Shown here: positions 1 through 8,408 of the stretch, piece after piece | Position numbering within the stretch: position 1 is the first letter of the stretch | Layout of the letters: every line of letters starts with the position of its first letter | From: Minisyncoccota bacterium | GTDB lineage: Bacteria > Patescibacteriota > Minisyncoccia > Phycocordibacterales > UBA6065 | Length of the DNA: 64,000 nt | Direction: 5' to 3' | Assembly (NCBI GenBank): GCA_035546035.1 | Contig: DASZXC010000008.1 | Coordinates: 123,951 to 187,950, forward strand | Translations under genes and position numbers: made by a program | The notes under the pieces: generated by a model | Seen by the model: the letters and a program-made list of their open reading frames with translations, nothing else | Told to the model about the DNA's origin: nothing | The model's database searches: none

Positions 1-161
1 TCGAACGTCGCGCGCACGATCTGTCCCCGCTTGCCGTATTCTTTCTTATATGCGGTCGCGAGAGCCATCTCGATAGCCTCGATGATCTTCTCTTTCGGTA
101 TGCCACGCTCCTCCTCGAGCTGGCCGAGGACGGAATGAATCGTTTTAAGGTCGAAAAGCAT
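1..161 (-). CDS. nusA: Transcription termination factor NusA (5' part, runs off window)
   Basis: Manual translation from ATG at 161: MLFDLKTIHSVLGQLEEERGIPKEKIIEAIEMALATAYKKEYGKRGQIVRATF, a NusA N-terminal pattern. Not in the ORF track. Confidence 0.9.
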   Translation of the reverse strand, partial: MLFDLKTIHSVLGQLEEERGIPKEKIIEAIEMALATAYKKEYGKRGQIVRATF

Positions 162-180
162 TTTTTCTGCTATAAGGGCT

Positions 181-224
181 TTTAATAAAGAAAGTCCGCC
201 CCCATGGACGAACTGCGCGGACTT
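181..224 (-). promoter_or_regulatory. Terminator-like hairpin in nusA leader (candidate attenuator)
   Basis: 8-bp stem AAGTCCGC (192-199)/GCGGACTT (217-224), followed on the - strand by a U-rich tract ~20-30 nt before the nusA ATG. Confidence 0.5.
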
Positions 225-319
225 CTCTGATATTTCTATCATATCACTTCGCCGAAATATGTCAAATCGAATTCCGGCACCCGTAAGGGATGCTTTCATG
301 CGTATAGTACAATATATGT

Positions 320-826
320 ATGAAAGCATTTGCCGCCCTCTTGTTCATACTGCTTGTCTGTGCGGGAGCCTATTATTTCTTCATGAATACGACGCTTTTC
401 GATACATCGTATCAGTCTCTCGACCTCGGTATACGCTTTAGCCACGCTTCAGATCTCCTCGTCCGCAATTCAGCTAACGGCGACGGCCTCGATATCAGTG
501 ATTCTTCCTTGGACAAAGAAGTCGTCCTTATACGCCGTTACAGGAACGATACGTTTCCCGGAGAGGACATCTCTTTCCGCATCGCGAGGGAATTCGGCTC
601 TAACATGTTCGACGAAAAGGACGCTACATTCAATCATATAGACGGCCTGGCATTTGAATGGCAGGGAGAAAAAGGTCGGGAAAGCGCGTTCGCATTCCAG
701 TCGGGGCTCTATGACATCGTCGTCTCTACCTTCGGCATGCCCGATCGAAACGTTGCCAGGTACGCGAACGGGGTCTTGGGCTCTCTCGAGATCGTAGACG
801 CTCGCCCTGATACAGGGGAGTTCTAG
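320..826 (+). CDS. Hypothetical N-terminally membrane-anchored protein
   Basis: 168-aa ORF; hydrophobic N-terminal helix then soluble domain. Confidence 0.7.
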   Translation: MKAFAALLFILLVCAGAYYFFMNTTLFDTSYQSLDLGIRFSHASDLLVRNSANGDGLDISDSSLDKEVVLIRRYRNDTFPGEDISFRIAREFGSNMFDEKDATFNHIDGLAFEWQGEKGRESAFAFQSGLYDIVVSTFGMPDRNVARYANGVLGSLEIVDARPDTGEF

Positions 827-863
827 GATTGACGGCTGCATACGCGTGATACAATTAATCCGT

Positions 864-2192
864 ATGAAAAAAATAAGAAGCACTTTTGCCCTTCGAGGGG
901 GGCTTATCATCGCGATACTGCTCATGCCGCAAGCCGCTGCTTTCGGCGCCACCGCGATCCCGAAGGGGACCGCCACGTTACCGGTGCCCGCTTCCTGCGA
1001 TCTCGTGCTGAACGGGGTCAAGGCGCGCATTGCGCCCATAGGCGAAGTTCCTGTCGCAGGCGGGGATCTGGACCTCTCTGTCACTCTTTCGAACGAGAAC
1101 GCCTATCCGGTAAGGGGCATGGATGTCGTCGCACGCATCTCGAAGCTCGCTCAGAAGGCCGGCGACGCATATGCGATGGCTACCGATACCGTCGCCCGCA
1201 TCGATCTGGCCAAAGGAGTCTCTCTTTCGACCGGCGAATCCCGAGAGATCGCCCTTGCGTGGCATATGCCGGCAAATCTCGTAGCAGGGCCGTATCGCGT
1301 CGATATCTTCGCTAATTCAGGCGATTCGGCCGTAGGGGGGAACGAATATCTCGGCGTGCCGGCAGGAAGCTATCCGGTCCGCATCGCAGGCGGAACAAAG
1401 GAAGTCTCGTTCCTGAAGCCTTCTTCGGTCGCCGTCAACGGAGCCAAGCCGTTCGCCAATCTTGTCGCCGACGTAAGATCGGCCTCGAATGCCGTGTCTG
1501 TCGTGGCCCAGAGCACTCATTCAAAGGCGGTATCGGCGACGATGCGCTGGAGGGTCTATAGCTCTTATTTCGCGGACGAGGCCGCTCTCGTAACGACGAA
1601 ATCGGAGGCGGTGACTATCCCTGCGGGTGGAACGCAGGCTGTATCCTATTCGTTCAGCGGAGCGGAGAAGGGAACCTATCTCGTCGTCGGCGAGCTCGTC
1701 GACCAATCGAAGGTCTCGCGCGTAGCCGTGCGATTGAACAGGACAGACAAGCCTGAACCGGTCGTTCGATCGCTCGTGCTCTCTGATTTTCCCCTCTCGT
1801 CGTCGGGCGCAACTCCCGTATTCGGCTGCATCGCCGACAGCTCTAACGGAAATCTCCCTGCGACCGCGGTAAAAGTGACTCTTACCGATGCGAAAGGCTC
1901 CGTCGTATATTCAGGCGCTTTCCACAAGACCCCATCGAATCCCTTCCTTCAGTTCATCGGCAATATACTTCCGAATATAAAAGCCGAGAATCCTCTTACG
2001 CTCGCCCTTACCGCGTATGCCGCGGACGGAAGCGTCATCGCCGCGAAATCGGTCGTCTATTCATGCGATGACGGCTCTTGCGACCAGAGCTCAGGAGAGG
2101 ATACGGCCACATACGCCGGCATCGTCGCGCTCGCTCTCCTCGCGATCGCCGCGCTTCTGGTCTGGGAAAAGAAGCACAGGAAACAACTCTAA
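864..2192 (+). CDS. Secreted beta-rich (Ig-like) surface protein with C-terminal membrane anchor
   Basis: Signal peptide from ATG 864 (TG-n-TACAAT upstream); beta-strand-rich body; C-terminal TM helix plus basic tail KKHRKQL. Confidence 0.75.
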   Translation: MKKIRSTFALRGGLIIAILLMPQAAAFGATAIPKGTATLPVPASCDLVLNGVKARIAPIGEVPVAGGDLDLSVTLSNENAYPVRGMDVVARISKLAQKAGDAYAMATDTVARIDLAKGVSLSTGESREIALAWHMPANLVAGPYRVDIFANSGDSAVGGNEYLGVPAGSYPVRIAGGTKEVSFLKPSSVAVNGAKPFANLVADVRSASNAVSVVAQSTHSKAVSATMRWRVYSSYFADEAALVTTKSEAVTIPAGGTQAVSYSFSGAEKGTYLVVGELVDQSKVSRVAVRLNRTDKPEPVVRSLVLSDFPLSSSGATPVFGCIADSSNGNLPATAVKVTLTDAKGSVVYSGAFHKTPSNPFLQFIGNILPNIKAENPLTLALTAYAADGSVIAAKSVVYSCDDGSCDQSSGEDTATYAGIVALALLAIAALLVWEKKHRKQL

Positions 2193-2193
2193 T

Positions 2194-3465
2194 ATGAAAC
2201 ATATGAAGAACCTGTTGAAATACGTTTCGGTCGCAGCAGCGGTGCTCGTCTTGGCGCTGATCGTCGTGCCGCATGCGGCTTCGGCTCAGTGGTACTACGG
2301 CTTTGGAGGCTATAGCTTTAACCCTAATACGGACGCGCTCTACATAGACGGCGTTCGCGTCGAGTTCTGGCCTCCTAATGAGGGCGGAGACAATGGAGGA
2401 GGAGGTGGTTCCGTCAGCATGGATACTCAGTGCCCTGACGGCTCTACGGTCCCGGAGGGACAGCAGTGCCCTCCGACCACAAAGGTATGTCAGGACGGCA
2501 GCGTCGTCGCCATAAACGATTCGTGTCCTCCGCTCACCAAACAATGCCCTGACGGCAGCACGGTTGATATCTCTGCCCAATGCCCTCCGACGACGAAACA
2601 ATGCCCTGACGGCAGCGTCGTGGCCATAAATGCCCAATGCGCGCCGAATACATGCCAGGACCCTTCGGCATCGAACTATGGCGGAAGCCTTCCGTGCGAC
2701 TATCCTCCGGCTCTCTGCACGGATCCGTCCGCTTCTAACTACGGCAATTCGCTTCCATGCCAATATGTGCCGATTCAGTATTGCAACGACCCAGCGGCTC
2801 TAAACTATGGCCAGCCGGGAGATTGTGACTATCCTCCTGCAGTGACTATATGCCAGGACCCTTCGGCATCGAACTATGGCGGAAGCCTTCCGTGCGACTA
2901 TCCGCCGATATGCTCTGATCCGTCCGCTTTGAACTATGGCCAGGAAGGCTCGTGCTCGTATCCTCCGCAGAATGTATGCGAGGATCCGAATGCCAACAAT
3001 TACGGCCAGGTCGGCGGATGCACATATGGCGGCGGGGGAAACAATGGCGACAATAATAACGCCCAAACAGGCTTCACCATCTCCGGTCCGAACAGCGTGA
3101 GCGCCACGTTCATCGGAACCCAGTCGGGCGAATCCCAGGTCGCTTCAGTCACGGTGAATCCGGTCGGTGGGTTCGACTCCGATGTCGCCGTTGGAGTGAG
3201 TTCGACCTCGTGCCCGAACGTTTCCGGCTATTCGTTCGACGGCGGTCCGTATACGTCGTCACCGGCGACGGTCATGCGACAGAATCCTAGCGGATGGTAT
3301 GCAGCTCCTTCAGGCAATCTCTATCTCGCGGTGAGGGTCGGTTTCTCGAGTCCTATCCCGTCTCCGTGTCAGGTGACGATCGCCGCTTCGGGCGGCGGCA
3401 AGAGCGCGGATTTCACCATGACCGTCCATCCTGATTCCAAGAATCCTCAATTCCAGGAATTCTAG
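2194..3465 (+). CDS. Secreted Cys-rich repeat protein with C-terminal domain ending PQFQEF
   Basis: Signal peptide (ASA-Q); four C(P/Q)DGSxV repeats, six CxDPxAxNYG repeats, then a ~130-aa beta domain. Start 2194 or 2203. Confidence 0.8.
   Translation: MKHMKNLLKYVSVAAAVLVLALIVVPHAASAQWYYGFGGYSFNPNTDALYIDGVRVEFWPPNEGGDNGGGGGSVSMDTQCPDGSTVPEGQQCPPTTKVCQDGSVVAINDSCPPLTKQCPDGSTVDISAQCPPTTKQCPDGSVVAINAQCAPNTCQDPSASNYGGSLPCDYPPALCTDPSASNYGNSLPCQYVPIQYCNDPAALNYGQPGDCDYPPAVTICQDPSASNYGGSLPCDYPPICSDPSALNYGQEGSCSYPPQNVCEDPNANNYGQVGGCTYGGGGNNGDNNNAQTGFTISGPNSVSATFIGTQSGESQVASVTVNPVGGFDSDVAVGVSSTSCPNVSGYSFDGGPYTSSPATVMRQNPSGWYAAPSGNLYLAVRVGFSSPIPSPCQVTIAASGGGKSADFTMTVHPDSKNPQFQEF
2652..2903 (+). repeat. 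Perfect 54-bp direct repeat within the Cys-rich gene (2652-2705 and 2850-2903)
   Basis: ATGCCAGGACCCTTCGGCATCGAACTATGGCGGAAGCCTTCCGTGCGACTATCC occurs twice. Confidence 0.9.
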
Positions 3466-3477
3466 GCGCTTCGCGGT

Positions 3478-4839
3478 ATGGACTTCGTCTTCATACTTCA
3501 CGCTATAGCCAACGCATTCGCGTCGGGAAGAAGCGTGATCAAAGTCGTGCTCCTTGCCGTCGCTGTTCTTATCGCTATCGGCGCGCGGCTTTACTATCGG
3601 AGAAGAGAGGGCGAAAAAGGCGCGGCTGCAGGGATACCGGAGAGGATATTTTTCTGGGCCTTGGGCGCATCATTCCTCCTGGGAGCCGTCGTCACATGGT
3701 ATGCGTATGTGACGTTCGGTGCCGGACCGGACCGGGTCATCGTCGCGATCGCCGAGCGCGACATCTCGACGACGCAGCCTTTTCATAGCCATGTGATGAA
3801 GGCGGCCTTTGGTGCGATCGCCGGCCTTGTTCCGGAGCATACGAGGCTCGCATGGGAGAATTCGGCTGATTTCGGCTATGCATACGCAAAGACATTGCCG
3901 CCGTGGATCGGCTTCGCGGGCTTCGCTGATTGCGCCGCGCTCGTCTCTCTGGCGATATGGCTCTTTGTCCGCTTCGCGGCGAGAGAGCGCAGGCTTTCCC
4001 TCGTCATCCTCTTTGCCGTCGCTCTGGTATCCGCGCTAAAGAACGTATTTGACGGAGGGGCGACGAACCACGAAGCGATTCCGGCGACCATCGTCTTGGG
4101 GCTCCTCGTTTTTGGGACGCGGCCCAAGAAGGCTCTGCTCGGGCTCGCGATCTTGCCTCTAGGCTTCGCGCTCGCAGGGGTCTGCTTTTCAGGCATGCCT
4201 TTGGGCGGAGCAGCGGAATATCTCCGTCATGCATTCGGATTAATGCTCATATATATATGCTGGTTCGCTCTTTCGGAGGATCGTGTTCCCAAGGTCCCCG
4301 CTATCATCGGGCTCATTGCCGGGGTGTTGTCTCTCGCGTCTCTCTTCGGTCTCGGCGCGCGCGACGCGCAATATGCCGCGACGCCGATATCGTATATCCA
4401 GACGTTCATCGGCACCTACGGCGACACCGAGCTCGGACAGTCGTACGAGAGGATCGGGTCTCTTTCTATACGCTCGTTCGCGACCACTTCTTCTCTTACG
4501 ATCGGCGGCTTGGCGTCCCTGATTGGAGAGGGTACTGCCTATAGCCCTATCTCTATCCGTACGAAGAGCTGCGAGTTCAAGAATGCGACGGCGCGTGTCT
4601 CGCTTGAAGCCGTCTCACGCTTCGACCTTGCCAAGCCGGCGGTTGTCCACAAGCTCGCGCGTATAGACAGCCTTATCTTTCGAGGAGAGAGCGATGGGTG
4701 GAAGCGATATGACGCCGATGTTTCCTTTTCAGAATGCGTCCCTCGTTCATTGACCGTCATCGCAGAGCTTTTTCATGAAGCGGGGGCGCCGTATCTTATC
4801 CTCCTGCCGCGATTAGGCGAGTCAGGCATGCCTTACTGA
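3478..4839 (+). CDS. Multi-pass membrane protein with C-terminal soluble domain, unknown function
   Basis: 453 aa, about 8-9 hydrophobic segments, polar loop motifs HSHVMK and DGGATNHE. Confidence 0.75.
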   Translation: MDFVFILHAIANAFASGRSVIKVVLLAVAVLIAIGARLYYRRREGEKGAAAGIPERIFFWALGASFLLGAVVTWYAYVTFGAGPDRVIVAIAERDISTTQPFHSHVMKAAFGAIAGLVPEHTRLAWENSADFGYAYAKTLPPWIGFAGFADCAALVSLAIWLFVRFAARERRLSLVILFAVALVSALKNVFDGGATNHEAIPATIVLGLLVFGTRPKKALLGLAILPLGFALAGVCFSGMPLGGAAEYLRHAFGLMLIYICWFALSEDRVPKVPAIIGLIAGVLSLASLFGLGARDAQYAATPISYIQTFIGTYGDTELGQSYERIGSLSIRSFATTSSLTIGGLASLIGEGTAYSPISIRTKSCEFKNATARVSLEAVSRFDLAKPAVVHKLARIDSLIFRGESDGWKRYDADVSFSECVPRSLTVIAELFHEAGAPYLILLPRLGESGMPY

Positions 4840-4842
4840 TCT

Positions 4843-5334
4843 ATGGATACTCTCTTCAAAGAGGCAGAGACTCTCATAATTCTTGCAGGAGCCGTGAATA
4901 TCGCTCTCAATATACTCGGCGCGCTTAAGCGCCGCTTCGGTCTGGAGAGATTCGACGCACCATTCGATTTCCGGATCGCCATCGGCGGGAGGAGGCTTTT
5001 GGGCGCGTCGACGACTTGGATCGGATTCATCCTCTGTGCTCTTTCGGGGGCGCTTATGTCCGTTTGGGGCATAGCATACGGCTATGTCATAGCATTCGGG
5101 GTCTTTTTTGGGCATGCTCTGGGCAGTTTCATAAAGCGAAGGATGGGCGTAGCTGACGGGGGTCCGCTTCCTCTGGTAGATCGTGCCAATTTCGTCGTCC
5201 TATCGGGAGCCGCGCTTCTCTTTATGGGCTCGATGCGCCCTGTCGCATATGTCGCGGCGGTCATCCTTGCCTATTTCATTCATCCTGTATTCTGTAAACT
5301 GGGTGTCATGCTCGGTATCAGGGTGGTACAATAG
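4843..5334 (+). CDS. CarS-like (CDP-archaeol synthase/DUF46 family) membrane protein, divergent
   Basis: Motifs PFDF...GRRLLGASTTWIG and GHALGSFIKRRMG...GGPLPLVD match the CarS-like pattern. Confidence 0.75.
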   Translation: MDTLFKEAETLIILAGAVNIALNILGALKRRFGLERFDAPFDFRIAIGGRRLLGASTTWIGFILCALSGALMSVWGIAYGYVIAFGVFFGHALGSFIKRRMGVADGGPLPLVDRANFVVLSGAALLFMGSMRPVAYVAAVILAYFIHPVFCKLGVMLGIRVVQ

Positions 5335-5342
5335 GGCCAGTC

Positions 5343-6566
5343 ATGAAAAATAGATTCGCGGCAATATTTTTCGCTCTCGCGGCGGTCATCTTCGCCTTTC
5401 CTTCCGTCTCTTCGGCCGGTTCCGCTCATAATATGTCAGGCTTCGCCTGGTCGTCGACCATAGGTTGGATCAGTTTCAACTGTACCAATGACAGCAGCTG
5501 TGCGACCGCTGACTATGGCGTGAATAAAGACGCTGACGGCACTCTCAACGGCTATGCGTGGTCTTCGAACGTCGGCTGGATACAGTTCAGCGGCCTTTCG
5601 AGCTTTCCGACGGGCGGCGGCACTTCGGCGGTAAATGCCCAAATGTCCGGATCGAGCCTTATCGGCTGGGTCAAAGCCGTCGCGGCTGACGGCAATGGCT
5701 GGGACGGATGGATAGCGCTCTCCGGCACGGGCTACGGCGTGACTCTTTCAGGCACGGCATTCACCGGCTATGCATGGGGAAGCGATACGGTCGGCTGGAT
5801 AAGCTGGAATTGCCTCTCTGACAGTTCCTGCGGAGCGGCGAGCTATGCCGTCAGCCTCTCCGGCGACGCGTCTCTCGACATAACGAGCGGCGGCTCGACC
5901 ATCGTCGGGTCGAGTTCGGTCCCCTACGGCACTATCCCGACATTCCAGTGGACCCTCACGACTCTTCCGGTCGGGACGACATGCGCGGTCTCCAAAACCT
6001 CTTCCGGAGGCACGGCATTCACGACTATAAGCGGCATAACGTCTTCGGGTTCCGCATCGGGAGACCCTCTGACCGAAGGCCCGTACACGTTCCAGATACA
6101 ATGCATGAACGGCGGTTCGACGCTCGTTACCAAGACGGCGAGTTTCACCGTCGCCTCCCAGCCGCCCGGCTTCGATCTAGGCCCGTCCGAAACCGCTTTC
6201 ATCCAATTCCTCAACGCAGGAGAGGCGACATCCCAGCAGAAGAGCATATTCGTGAGCGCATTCGGCGGTTTTTCGAATCCGGTCACCATATCGATCACTG
6301 GATTCCCGGCCGCCCCGGCTTCGACGACCTTCTCGTATTCGCTCGGCGGCAGCGCTTTTTCCGCCAATCCGCCGAGCGTCGTCATCAGTAGCCCGTATTC
6401 ATCGGGTACGACGCTCAAGATCCGCGTGACGAGGGTCTCCGGCGCCCCGGCATTCACCGGAAATTTCACGGTGACGCTCACAGGCACGGCCGCGGGAGCG
6501 TCGGCTGATACCAAAGATATCGTCCTCACGCCGACGACCTTCGTCCCGGCATTCCAAGAATTCTAA
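5343..6566 (+). CDS. Secreted protein with G(F/Y)AWS...GWI repeats and C-terminal domain ending PAFQEF
   Basis: Signal peptide; repeated GFAWSSTIGWISFN / GYAWSSNVGWIQF / GYAWGSDTVGWISWN motifs. Confidence 0.8.
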   Translation: MKNRFAAIFFALAAVIFAFPSVSSAGSAHNMSGFAWSSTIGWISFNCTNDSSCATADYGVNKDADGTLNGYAWSSNVGWIQFSGLSSFPTGGGTSAVNAQMSGSSLIGWVKAVAADGNGWDGWIALSGTGYGVTLSGTAFTGYAWGSDTVGWISWNCLSDSSCGAASYAVSLSGDASLDITSGGSTIVGSSSVPYGTIPTFQWTLTTLPVGTTCAVSKTSSGGTAFTTISGITSSGSASGDPLTEGPYTFQIQCMNGGSTLVTKTASFTVASQPPGFDLGPSETAFIQFLNAGEATSQQKSIFVSAFGGFSNPVTISITGFPAAPASTTFSYSLGGSAFSANPPSVVISSPYSSGTTLKIRVTRVSGAPAFTGNFTVTLTGTAAGASADTKDIVLTPTTFVPAFQEF

Positions 6567-6582
6567 GCCTAAGAATAAAATC

Positions 6583-6831
6583 ATGAGCAAAACAACGAAA
6601 GTGATCATTCCAATCCTTCTCCTTACCGTCGTGGCGGGCCTTGTCGCGCTTATGATGCGGGCACATAATAAAGGCATGGAGGATACTCCCGAATACCGCG
6701 CGCAGGTCATCGATACGCTTACCGCATCATCGAACCCAAAGCCTGACCAGAAAGTCATCGATTCTCTTTCCGCTCCCGCCGCTCCATCGAAAGAAGAAGG
6801 AGACATATTAAAAACATTACAAGCGCAATAA
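6583..6831 (+). CDS. Small single-pass membrane protein
   Basis: 82 aa, N-terminal TM helix, tight operon spacing. Confidence 0.7.
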   Translation: MSKTTKVIIPILLLTVVAGLVALMMRAHNKGMEDTPEYRAQVIDTLTASSNPKPDQKVIDSLSAPAAPSKEEGDILKTLQAQ

Positions 6832-6837
6832 AAATCC

Positions 6838-8394
6838 ATGAGCCGAAAGATCTTTAAGACGTTCGTCATAGCTCTCGCCGCAGTCCTGCCTCTTTCCGCC
6901 TCTGCGCAGTGGTCAGGGCCGGGAGCGACCCCGCCTTCAGGCAATGCTGCTCCGCCTCTCAATACGTCCTCGACCGCGCAATCGAAAGCAGGCGGACTCC
7001 TCTTGAATACCGGCAACGCGACGAACGGCCTCATCGTTCAATATGGAAACGTCGGCGTGGGCGCTACGTCTCCGGGAGCGAAGCTTCATGTGCTCGGCGG
7101 CGGCGCCATTCTGGGCACCACGGGGTCGGCCGCTAGTTCAAGGACCCTCACCATCCTCGATAACGCTGACGGCCAGATAAACTTCGGCTCGTATTCCGGC
7201 CAATGGAGGTCGTCTATCCAGATCCAGTCGAACGACGCGGCGCGCCTCCTCTTTATCGCTCCTCCTGAATCGGACTACGGATACGGCATCCTCCGCGCGG
7301 CGAACGGCGGACTTAAAATAGACGTCGGCGGCACGACGGGGGACAGCGGCAGCAATGCGATCTCGATCGAATCGAACGCCAAGGTCGGCATCGGCATGAC
7401 GCCGTCGGTCAAGCTCGACGTGAACGGCGAGATACAGACGAACGACTGGCTCTACAACTCGACGTCAGCCAAAGGCCTCTACAATACCAGCACGGGCAAG
7501 CATTTCTATTCGGAATCCGCGAGCTATTGGGCGCTGAACTCTACCAACGGCCTTGTCCTTCGGAACGGCTACGCGGGAACGGTTACGGGCTACCTCTATT
7601 GGGACGGAACGGCCGGTTCGAACAACTTCGGCCTCCTTTCGCCGAACGGCTCCTGGAAAGTGCGAACGGATAATTCCACGACCCAGCTCTACGGCAACGT
7701 GTACATGCCCTTCTTCTATGACACTGACAACTCGGCCTATTATGTCGACCCTCATAGCGTGTCGCGATTCAATGATATCCGTCCGAACATCATCTATGAC
7801 GGCAACGACACGAACTATTATCTCGATATGAACGGCTCGTCGAAGATCGGGTATACGCTCTTCCCGGGCGGTGCGAACATGCAGTCGACGCTCTATATAA
7901 CGGGCGGCGCTCTGTGGGCGCAGGGAGGAGTGACGACATACCTCGACGGATATGTCTGGGTCCGAGGCCCGGCATACGGAGGGCAGGGCGATGTCCAGAT
8001 CGACGGCGACCTCTCGCTCGGCGCTCATGTAGCGAGCGGAGGAGGAGGAACGATACATCTCTATGGCGACGGCTACTATTGGGGCTCGTGGAACAACATG
8101 TCGGACCAGAGGCTCAAGAAGAATATCGTGCCTATCGCCGATCCTATCGAGAAGATCGAAAAATTGAACGGCGTCGCATTCGATTGGAAGGATTCGGGCA
8201 AACATTCCGTCGGCGTCATCGCGCAGGACGTCGAGAAAGTATTTCCGGAGCTCGTATCCACCGATGACAAGACGGGATACAAGGCGGTCCAATATCAGAA
8301 CCTCGTCGCTCCTCTCATAGAAGCCGTAAAGGCTCAGCAGAAGGAGATCGAGGCGCTCAAGGCGGAAGTCGAAGCCCTCAAGAAAGACAGATAA
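6838..8394 (+). CDS. Secreted tail-fibre-like protein with C-terminal peptidase S74 intramolecular chaperone
   Basis: Signal peptide; WSGPGATPPSGNAAPPLN; GNVGVG...P..KLHV repeats; SDQRLKKNI...GVIAQDVEKVFPELV...LIEAVK plus coiled coil. Confidence 0.85.
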   Translation: MSRKIFKTFVIALAAVLPLSASAQWSGPGATPPSGNAAPPLNTSSTAQSKAGGLLLNTGNATNGLIVQYGNVGVGATSPGAKLHVLGGGAILGTTGSAASSRTLTILDNADGQINFGSYSGQWRSSIQIQSNDAARLLFIAPPESDYGYGILRAANGGLKIDVGGTTGDSGSNAISIESNAKVGIGMTPSVKLDVNGEIQTNDWLYNSTSAKGLYNTSTGKHFYSESASYWALNSTNGLVLRNGYAGTVTGYLYWDGTAGSNNFGLLSPNGSWKVRTDNSTTQLYGNVYMPFFYDTDNSAYYVDPHSVSRFNDIRPNIIYDGNDTNYYLDMNGSSKIGYTLFPGGANMQSTLYITGGALWAQGGVTTYLDGYVWVRGPAYGGQGDVQIDGDLSLGAHVASGGGGTIHLYGDGYYWGSWNNMSDQRLKKNIVPIADPIEKIEKLNGVAFDWKDSGKHSVGVIAQDVEKVFPELVSTDDKTGYKAVQYQNLVAPLIEAVKAQQKEIEALKAEVEALKKDR

Positions 8395-8408
8395 CTGATA
8401 CACTTAAT

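Noticed and set aside
2652-2903. 54-bp direct repeat as a CRISPR array or DGR template/variable repeat
   Set aside because: Only two in-frame copies inside a coding repeat region; no spacers, no adenine-specific differences, no cas or reverse transcriptase gene in the window
6838-8394. Prophage suggested by the S74 tail-fibre domain
   Set aside because: The protein has a signal peptide and no other phage hallmark gene is present
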